Below, in pieces: positions 17,976-24,860 of a stretch of DNA of 32,000 bases. The stretch covers positions 3,870,001 through 3,902,000 of the forward strand of contig NZ_CP021983.2 in NCBI RefSeq assembly GCF_002075285.3, read 5' to 3'. The notes under the pieces are model-generated. The model was not told where the DNA came from and searched no databases. It was given only the letters and a program-made list of their open reading frames with translations. The position numbers and the translations under genes were made by a program. How positions within the stretch are numbered: position 1 is the first letter of the stretch; each line of letters begins with the position of its first letter. The DNA is from Halomicronema hongdechloris C2206. GTDB lineage: Bacteria; Cyanobacteriota; Cyanobacteriia; Phormidesmidales; Phormidesmidaceae.

Positions 17976-19072
17976 CCGCATTCGATCCCCAAGCGCTGGT
18001 GTTGCGTACCTTTCTGCAGTTGCGTCGCAGCAATTTCAAGCTGGGGGTGGCAGACTACATGGCCGCCCTGGACGCCGTTGCCGGCGGCTTCGGTGAGGAT
18101 TTAGCCAGCCTGGAAGACACCCTGAAGCTGTTGTGGTGCCACTCGTTGAGTGAGCACAGCCAGTTCCAGCCCATCTGGCAGTCAGTGCACCGTCAAGTCA
18201 AGGCCAACCGCCAACCCAAGCCCCCCTTCCCCGGAGGACGCGAGGCCCCCTCCCGACCCCAAGAGACGGTCCCAGCCAGGCACCAGGCGTCAGAGCCACC
18301 GATGCTCCAACCGCAACCGCCGCCGCCCCCGCCCCGGCGAGCCGCCCTAGGCTCCCTGCCGGTGCAGGCCCCCAGCTTACTCAGCGGCGAAGAAGACACC
18401 ATACCCCTGCAGGCCTACTATCCGATTTCACGGCGGTCCATGGTGTATAACTGGCGCTATCTGCGCCGCCCGGTGGCCGATGGCCCTCAGGATGTGTTGG
18501 ATATCGATGCCACCATCCAGCAAGTGACCCGCCAGGGATTCTATCTGGCCCCCGTCTATGGCCGGCGAGAACGCAATCAGGCCCGATTGCTGTTATTCAT
18601 CGATCACGATGGCTCCATGACGCCGTTTCACCAGTTCACCGGGGACCTGGTGGAGACCGCCCAGCAAGAGAGCCCCCTGGATGCCGAGAACGTCAACGCC
18701 GTCTATTTTCAGAATGTGCCGGCGGGGACTGTCTTTCGCGATGTCTACTTGACCCAATCGATGCCCTTGGCCGCCGCCCTGGGTAGCTGTGACCCCACCA
18801 CCAGCGTGCTCATCGTCAGCGACGGTGGCGCCGCCCGGGGCTATCGTCTGCGAGACCGGGTGCGGAGCACCAGCCGATTTCTGCTGCAGCTGAAACGCCA
18901 TACCAGCCTGGTGGCCTGGCTCAACCCCATGCCAAGGCGGCGCTGGGTGGGAAGCTCCGCCGAAATCATCGCCCACTCAGTCCCCATGTTTCAGATGGAT
19001 AGCGACGGACTCAATAACGCCATTGATGTGGTGCGGGGGCAGCCCCTGAAGCACACCTACTCGGCATCTTGA
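17972..19072 (+). CDS. vWA (von Willebrand factor A, CoxE-like) domain protein
   Basis: Its ATG overlaps the MoxR stop (ATGA). After a helical N-terminus and a Pro-rich linker comes 'LLLFIDHDGSMTPF' (MIDAS-like DxDGS, 18602-18619), then '...VLIVSDGGA'. It has the usual position 3' of MoxR. Confidence 0.8.
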   Translation: MTAFDPQALVLRTFLQLRRSNFKLGVADYMAALDAVAGGFGEDLASLEDTLKLLWCHSLSEHSQFQPIWQSVHRQVKANRQPKPPFPGGREAPSRPQETVPARHQASEPPMLQPQPPPPPPRRAALGSLPVQAPSLLSGEEDTIPLQAYYPISRRSMVYNWRYLRRPVADGPQDVLDIDATIQQVTRQGFYLAPVYGRRERNQARLLLFIDHDGSMTPFHQFTGDLVETAQQESPLDAENVNAVYFQNVPAGTVFRDVYLTQSMPLAAALGSCDPTTSVLIVSDGGAARGYRLRDRVRSTSRFLLQLKRHTSLVAWLNPMPRRRWVGSSAEIIAHSVPMFQMDSDGLNNAIDVVRGQPLKHTYSAS

Positions 19073-20709
19073 CCATGGCCGCCGCCCCCTCCCCATGGCC
19101 GGAACCCGCCGACAGGGTGGACCAGTTTGTGGCTCGCTTTGGCAATGAGGCCTATCGCTCCCTGGCCTACCATGCCGCCTTGCCCCTGGTGCTGACGCCG
19201 GAACTGGTGCATTACCTGCGGATTCAATGTTTGCGAGCAGACCATGTGCCCTGGGAAGCCGAGGTGGATCTGCTGCTGTCTGACCTCTGCCGCCAGGTGG
19301 GCTATGAGCTTTACACCATGGATACCCAAGTGCGGGCATACCTGCTGGCCGAAATTAAAGACGACCCGGTCTGGCAACATCGCCTGCAGGAAGTGGCCCA
19401 GGTATTGATCAGCTATGTCAGCTATTTGAGCCGCGTCGATCCCCAGCGTCGCCCAAGAGAGCTAGAGGCGCAACGACTGGCCGCCATGACCTACCTGGGA
19501 GATGAGCACTGCCAGGCAGCCGTGCAAGACATCGGCCATCGCTTCCAGCACTTGGCAGATCAGGCCAGGGCGGAGGGAGCATCAGACCAGAGCATCCGGG
19601 CGGAGCTGGCCTATCTGAGCCGTATCACTCAGGAACTGGCCCCCCAACTGACACGGCACCCAGAGCTGGTGGAGCTGGCCCAGCTGGTGCAACGACTACT
19701 GCGCCACCCAGAGGCGGTGACCCCCGCCGACAGGGCGCGCACATTTCGGGTGGGAGACGCTGACATCCGCCCCAGTGTCTTTCCCTTGAGATTCTCCTCT
19801 GGGGAAGACGAAACCACCCCGACGGGGATGCCCCCTTTAAGGACGCTGGAGTTTGAGACAGGCCAGTTCGTTCAGCCAGAGGCGGGGGTACCTGCCTTAG
19901 AGGCGCAAACGGTGGAGGTGGTGACCCTGGAGTTTGAGGAGGCCAATACAGATTCAGGCCCTATCTCAGGAGAGCCAACATTAGTTTTGGGAGTGTATGG
20001 ATGGGATAAAGTAAGCGAGACCAAGACACCAAATGTGGAGTTAGACTGGCAAGAATACTGCGATCGTACTACCCGCCAAGTTCCAACTCCAGATACGTGG
20101 GATAGCATTCTATTTCCGCAGTTGCAGCAAGCAAAACAAACTCTGATTCAGATATCCTCCTCCCGATACATTTACCTCTTGGGAAATTGCCCCCTCACCA
20201 TGAGTCTGGCCATTGGTTTTACATTTCCTTACGTGGCTGGATATAAGTTTCGTTTGAAGCAATTCACTGGCGGGGAAATGGCCTTTTGGGAGTCTTCTGC
20301 CTCCCCCTCTGAAGCCCAACTTGAGGTCATTCAAGAACAGGGCACAGGAGGAAGCAACCTTATCTTTGCCATTGGGATCAGCGTAAGCATATGGAAGGAT
20401 GTGCAGCAGTTTCAGGAGAGGAATCAAGACCAATTCAATGCTTTAGTGTATGCTGAGCCAAAACAAGGGACAGGACAACGAACTTTAAAATCTGATAAAG
20501 ATGCTGTGGCATTGGCACTTCATGCCAAGGAGCTGATGCATCTATGTCGTCAAAAATATGAAGCGGAAAGCATTCATCTTATTTTTGCTTGCCCAGCAGC
20601 CTTCTCCTTATTCCTAGGGCAGCGACTCAACGCCTTGGGATTGATTATGGCTTATGAACGAACTCAGGATGGCAGCTATCAAATCTCGGTAATACTGAGA
20701 ACAGGCTAA
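19069..20709 (+). CDS. vWA-MoxR-associated protein: helical N-terminal domain plus C-terminal SAVED-like (tandem CARF-like) domain
   Basis: The start is a TTG at 19069 overlapping the vWA stop, or an ATG at 19075. The N-terminus reads 'FVARFGNEAYRSLAYHAALPLVLTPELVHYLRIQCL...PWEAEVDLLLSDLCRQVGYELYTMD'. From about aa 302 (19972) there are two alpha/beta halves, each with a 'hhhhG.CP...SLhhG' element: 'IYLLGNCPLTMSLAIGFTF' and 'IHLIFACPAAFSLFLGQRLN'. The C-terminal 'YER...GSY' resembles SAVED domains. This is by-eye assignment only. Confidence 0.6.
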   Translation: MTMAAAPSPWPEPADRVDQFVARFGNEAYRSLAYHAALPLVLTPELVHYLRIQCLRADHVPWEAEVDLLLSDLCRQVGYELYTMDTQVRAYLLAEIKDDPVWQHRLQEVAQVLISYVSYLSRVDPQRRPRELEAQRLAAMTYLGDEHCQAAVQDIGHRFQHLADQARAEGASDQSIRAELAYLSRITQELAPQLTRHPELVELAQLVQRLLRHPEAVTPADRARTFRVGDADIRPSVFPLRFSSGEDETTPTGMPPLRTLEFETGQFVQPEAGVPALEAQTVEVVTLEFEEANTDSGPISGEPTLVLGVYGWDKVSETKTPNVELDWQEYCDRTTRQVPTPDTWDSILFPQLQQAKQTLIQISSSRYIYLLGNCPLTMSLAIGFTFPYVAGYKFRLKQFTGGEMAFWESSASPSEAQLEVIQEQGTGGSNLIFAIGISVSIWKDVQQFQERNQDQFNALVYAEPKQGTGQRTLKSDKDAVALALHAKELMHLCRQKYEAESIHLIFACPAAFSLFLGQRLNALGLIMAYERTQDGSYQISVILRTG

Positions 20710-20739
20710 TTCTAATTCCTCCTAATCAATCCTGACACT

Positions 20740-21057
20740 TCAATGGGTGTCACTGCGTTTGCTGTCCTCTTGCGACGGGGACTCATCTTTCCAGGGTTCA
20801 ATGGCCCTGAAGAGATACTCTCCGGCGGGGGTGCGTGTCATCCGTATCACGTACTGCCCACCGACAGCTATGCCAGACTTTGTAGGGCTATGGATGTGGA
20901 AGGCAAAGGTCTGACCAGAGAACTGCCCTGCCATGACGGCATCAACGTCTAGGACGGCCACCCACTTCAAGTGCGGGTGGGGACTGCGCTGTGGCCTTAG
21001 CGCGGTGATGACACCACGCAGCACCACATCTTCGTCATTGTTGTTATTGTCTGACAT
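20740..21057 (-). CDS. Small hypothetical protein (105 aa), possible partner or immunity protein of the upstream DUF4157 protein
   Basis: The ATG is preceded by a GAGAGGA-type RBS. It lies 131 nt downstream of 21189..22439 on the same strand and looks beta-rich. I do not recognise the family. Confidence 0.45.
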   Translation of the reverse strand: MSDNNNNDEDVVLRGVITALRPQRSPHPHLKWVAVLDVDAVMAGQFSGQTFAFHIHSPTKSGIAVGGQYVIRMTRTPAGEYLFRAIEPWKDESPSQEDSKRSDTH

Positions 21058-21188
21058 AGTGGGGTCCTCTCACGCTACCAGGGACTGCTCCATGGTGCCA
21101 GGAAGGTGACGGTGGATAGAAGACAGGGTCGGCGCATAGACAGCATCGGGTCCCACAGCTTTAGTAGAGCAACCGATAAGGTTCAAGG

Positions 21189-22439
21189 CTACGGACAGAT
21201 ACGATTCAGGGCAGCCAGGGCGGCTTGCAAAAACCGACGCTCCCAGCGGTAAGAATTCACCTCGTCCTGGGCCCAGTCGTGGCCGTCCTGCCACTGGGCT
21301 TCGAAGGCTGCTACTTCAGCGGGGAAGGTAGCCCGCAGGGTATCTAGCCGATTGGGGACTCCTGCCAGCCGCTTCCACTCGCGGAAGAAAGCTGATCCTT
21401 GAGCCCGCGCGATGTCATTCGTATGGCGAGCATGCATGGTCTCATGGACGAAGGTAGCTTTGTCATCGATGCGCTGGCAGGGATCAGCCGATGGCGGTGG
21501 TAGCGTAATTGTGCCACTGGCACTGGTGGAGCCAGCTACGGTAGTACCGGGATGGGCAGCATCGAAGCAGGCTTCAACATCAACGTTGGTCGGATTGGCC
21601 GGAACGTCACAGGCGGCATAGGTCGCCGCTGCAGTATTGGCCCAATTAATTCCATCCCGCACCTGCTGGCGGCATCCACACATACTGTGTGTGACGGGTA
21701 GTCCCCAGACTCTCTCGCTAGTAGGCGGCGATGGGGACTGTCGTTGGATTCTATGGCTGGATCCCTGGGCTGCCGGTTCAATCCTGTGGTCTCCATGCCT
21801 GGCAAGAGCACCACCTTGCTGCACAACATGGGCCAATTCATGGGCCATCAAAAAACGGGCACGTCCACTTCCTGAAGATAATCGGTCGTTATCCAAGACA
21901 ACGTGCTGGCCCACTGTATACCCCTGCGCATTGATCGCTTGTGCTGACTCTGCCGCTTTCGCATCCGTGTGCACTCGCACTTGGCTGAAATCATGCCCAA
22001 AACGTGGCTCCATAAAGCTGCGGGTGTGGGCATCCAGGGGCTGGCCGGGTGAGCGCAATACTTCGTGGACGATGGGCAGTGCTGAAATCTGTTCCTCGTT
22101 GTTCGACTGAAGGCGCCGCAGTTGTAGGCGCATTGGTTTCTGCTCCGGTCGCTGTGCCTGACACTGGGGACAGCCACCACCACAGGCACAGGTGCGCTGC
22201 AGCTTGGGATCAGGCATGCGAATCACTTGGTTCGCAACACGATCTGCCTCCTGTTCATAGATGTCTCCAGGCTGGTCGATCGTGAGTTTCGTCTGTAGTG
22301 CTCCTGGATGTGGACGATGACACTGCGGGGGCAACTCATGCCGCTGGATCCGACTGGATATCGTAGGCTTGATCGCAGGCTTGGCAGATGTAATCTGCTG
22401 AGTTGCCCTTGATTTCTGTGCAAAAGTACCCATGGCCAA
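21189..22439 (-). CDS. DUF4157 (eCIS-core-type, zincin-like) domain protein with an unknown Cys-containing C-terminal domain that carries a second HExxH
   Basis: 'DIYEQEADRVANQV', 'LQRTCACGGGCPQC' and 'VHEVLRSPGQPLDAHTRSFMEPRFGHDFSQVRVHTDAKAAESAQAINAQGYTVGQHVVL...LMAHELAHVVQQ' form the canonical DUF4157 signature, with HELAH at 21828-21842. A second 'HETMH' lies at 21432-21446. Confidence 0.85.
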   Translation of the reverse strand: MAMGTFAQKSRATQQITSAKPAIKPTISSRIQRHELPPQCHRPHPGALQTKLTIDQPGDIYEQEADRVANQVIRMPDPKLQRTCACGGGCPQCQAQRPEQKPMRLQLRRLQSNNEEQISALPIVHEVLRSPGQPLDAHTRSFMEPRFGHDFSQVRVHTDAKAAESAQAINAQGYTVGQHVVLDNDRLSSGSGRARFLMAHELAHVVQQGGALARHGDHRIEPAAQGSSHRIQRQSPSPPTSERVWGLPVTHSMCGCRQQVRDGINWANTAAATYAACDVPANPTNVDVEACFDAAHPGTTVAGSTSASGTITLPPPSADPCQRIDDKATFVHETMHARHTNDIARAQGSAFFREWKRLAGVPNRLDTLRATFPAEVAAFEAQWQDGHDWAQDEVNSYRWERRFLQAALAALNRICP

Positions 22440-22569
22440 TCCTCTGGTGGTTATTGAGTAGCCTGATGGTGAAGTTGTATGGTGGCAGATGCCTTTGGAT
22501 TGTCATCCAAGTATCTACGGCATGGCCAACTCTGTCAAAACTTGCTCCCCTTGAGCCAGACTAAGCCCT

Positions 22570-23070
22570 TTGGGTTCTGAGGTTCCTAACCGTTGGAGGT
22601 TTAAGGTTTGCGTCATGGCTTCTTGCTCACCGACTATGGGGAATCACCGTGGGGCAATCCCAAGCGATAGACGGGGCCAACCCCCAGGGCATCGGCCCGA
22701 TAGATCTAGCTCCGGGTATAGCGGGAGATGGCCCATGTATCGTGGGTCGTGCGATATTGTTATGCCAGGCAAATCCATTGATACCATTGGGTTTTAGTAT
22801 GAGCCCGGAGCGTGGGTCGTGTTGCGGGCATAGGATAACCAGTTGTCGCCTGGGAAATGACCCGCGCTCCCCCGTGGGATGGCCATTGATTGTATGAGGG
22901 ATACCCCATGGATGGCGGGGTGGGGTGTGCGATCGCATCATGGCCATAAATCTGTTGGCACGTGTTGCCCGGAGCATGGGGCCTTTCGGGGCCGGGGGAT
23001 AACTAGTTGTCGAGTGGGCAATGACCCACGCTCCGATGTGGGATACCTTATCAGTAACCCATTGCCTCCC
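22570..23070 (+). pseudogene. Tentative: several decayed fragments of the C-terminal tail of FGE-sulfatase domains (no intact ORF)
   Basis: Stitching + strand frames gives three tail-like pieces: 'YRGSCDIVMPGKSIDTIGF*' (ends 22797), 'PGAWVVLRA*DNQLSPG/NDPRSPVGWPLIV' (about 22806-22897), and 'VLPGAWGLS...DN*LS/CRVGNDPRSDVGYLIS' (about 22965-23056). They are comparable with the family tail 'RGGSW...CRSAYR...P..R...IGFRVV'. Units two and three are recognisably repeated at the DNA level, 164 nt apart. Confidence 0.35.
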
Positions 23071-23079
23071 TGAGCCACT

Positions 23080-23579
23080 GTGGTAGAGCTGATACTCCGT
23101 AAAGAGCGTAAACGAGCTCGCTATTTTACCGAATCCCTGGGCGATCAGATTGGCCTGGATATGATATTGGTACCCGGCGGCACGTTCCTGATGGGTTCGC
23201 CAGAGGATGAGCCTGAGCGGATTGACCGCGAGGGACCACAGCATCAGGTGACGGTGCCTGCTTTTTTCATGGGGCGATATCCGGTGACCCAGGCTCAGTG
23301 GTAGGCAGTGGCCGCACTGCCTCAGGAATCGCGGCAACTAACTCCAAATCCTTCTAGGTTCAAGGGAGACAGTCGCCCGGTTGAGCAAGTCTCCTGGTAC
23401 GACGCAGTGGAGTTTTGCGATCGCATCAGCCGTCATACTGGTCGCGCCTATCGGCTACCCAGCAAAGCCGAGTGGGAATATGCCTGTCGAGCCGGCACAG
23501 CCGCTCTGCCTATCGCTACAGCGATGATCCCCATGGAGCCTTCAATGATATTGGGTTTCGGGTGGTGTGTGTTGCCTGA
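23080..23579 (+). pseudogene. FGE-sulfatase (formylglycine-generating-enzyme-like) domain gene with an in-frame TAG and an internal deletion or frameshift
   Basis: 'LDMILVPGGTFLMGSPEDEPERIDREGPQHQVTVPAFFMGRYPVTQAQW' is followed by a TAG at 23302-23304. It continues in frame as '[51 protein letters not shown]'. From about 23502 the family tail '[25 protein letters not shown]' is in another frame, so the middle of the domain is missing. Confidence 0.75.
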
Positions 23580-23769
23580 AGTGCGATCGCAACATTCTCG
23601 GCTTGGCGGCAGACATGAGCACTCCTCTCTGGTTTCTAGCCAACCATTGCCAAGGGCCTGAGCATAACTGAGCGAAGGTGCGATCGCACCATTGCTGAAA
23701 ACCCACCAGCAGTATGGCACCCCCCTTAGCAGCTGAGTAAGATGGGGACAACATCCCCCCACCGCTGCC

Positions 23770-24813
23770 GTGAAAGACTTTTTCATCAGTTACAACAGCG
23801 CCGATAAAGCCTGGGCTGAGTGGCTTGCCTGGGTGTTAGAGGAAAACGGATATACAGTAATCATTCAAGCCTGGGACTTTCGCCCTGGCGGCAACTTCAT
23901 TATCGACATGCAGCGAGCGGCAGACGAGTCGACGCGCACCATCATGGTGCTCTCCGAGGTCTATCTGCAAGCCAAGTACACCCAGCCGGAGTGGGCTGCG
24001 GCATTCAAACAAGATCCTGAATCCCAGGAACATAGGCTGATTCCTATCCGAGTTGCACCCTGTCAGCCGACCGGAATGTTGGCACCGCTGGTCTATGTGG
24101 ACTTAGTTGGCAAAAGCGAAGCCGATGCCGAAGCATCCGTGCTGGCCTCCTTGCAAAACCGAGCTAAGCCAGCGACGCGCCCCAGCTTTCCTGGAAAGAC
24201 TCCGGGTGAGGAGCGAGTTGTCAAGAAAAAAGTTCCATTCCCGCCTGGAAGGTCAATTCGAGTGACTTGGCAACTTGTGCTTGACTATCAGCTTGAGAAT
24301 ACCTTTTTTGATCACGGTCGTGATATTGACAGGGTGGTTGATCGGTTGAAGCAACTCTCTGGAGATCAGCGCCTAGAGGATGTGGATAGAGTGTGCAAAA
24401 ACGGCAGCACCTTCCTGACGCTTAAAGGAACAGAGGAGGGGCTGAGGAAGCTTCAAGCACTTTCTGAAACAGGACAGTTGGCTGAGATAAACGGAATACA
24501 AGTCGAACAAATCAACTTACCGCCTGACTCCTCTCAAACACCGCCGATAACGCAGAATCCTCCAATGACGAATGAATCGACGACGCTGACACCGCGAGAG
24601 CGCTTAGCCTTGAATCGTAAGATTACCGGGCTTACGACTCAGTCGTTTAACGAGTTGTTGCTACTGCTTGAACCGCCTGATGGAATAGTGCCGCCACCAA
24701 CTGCACCTCAGGGCGATCGTACCTATGCCTTGCTGAGTTGGGCGCGAAGTACCACCGGCTGTGGCCTGGCCGCCGTGCGCGATGCCTTCAACGAGATTGC
24801 CCCTTCCCCTTAG
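23770..24813 (+). CDS. TIR domain protein with a central unknown module and a C-terminal helical adaptor (effector-associated-domain-like) module
   Basis: After a GTG start, 'KDFFISYNSADKAWAEWLAWVLEENGYTVIIQAWDFRPGGNFIIDMQRAADESTRTIMVLSEVYLQAKYTQPEWAAAF...LIPIRV' is a bacterial TIR_2-type domain. The C-terminal 74 aa (24589-24810) match the N-terminus of the 15439 gene. Confidence 0.85.
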   Translation: MKDFFISYNSADKAWAEWLAWVLEENGYTVIIQAWDFRPGGNFIIDMQRAADESTRTIMVLSEVYLQAKYTQPEWAAAFKQDPESQEHRLIPIRVAPCQPTGMLAPLVYVDLVGKSEADAEASVLASLQNRAKPATRPSFPGKTPGEERVVKKKVPFPPGRSIRVTWQLVLDYQLENTFFDHGRDIDRVVDRLKQLSGDQRLEDVDRVCKNGSTFLTLKGTEEGLRKLQALSETGQLAEINGIQVEQINLPPDSSQTPPITQNPPMTNESTTLTPRERLALNRKITGLTTQSFNELLLLLEPPDGIVPPPTAPQGDRTYALLSWARSTTGCGLAAVRDAFNEIAPSP

Positions 24814-24860
24814 CTGCCTCTTCGGATTCGGATGGCACTGCCCCGGAGAGGCCTTGGCTG

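Noticed and set aside
14872-23304. Two in-frame TAG codons (14872-14874 and 23302-23304) as evidence for amber reassignment or programmed read-through.
   Set aside because: TAG also terminates apparently normal genes here, for example at 8822-8824, 15892-15894 and 24811-24813. The FGE gene carries additional lesions. Ordinary nonsense mutations are the simpler explanation.
22627-23337. A 236-aa minus-strand ORF across the repeat region. I also tried to read its periodic pattern as decayed WD40/beta-propeller repeats.
   Set aside because: It runs antisense through the clearly recognisable + strand FGE fragment. Its peptide is Pro/Arg/His-rich with no convincing WD40 signature in any single frame. 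The DNA repeat spacing of 164 nt does not fit a 42-aa unit. The + strand FGE-tail reading fits better, though it is still tentative.
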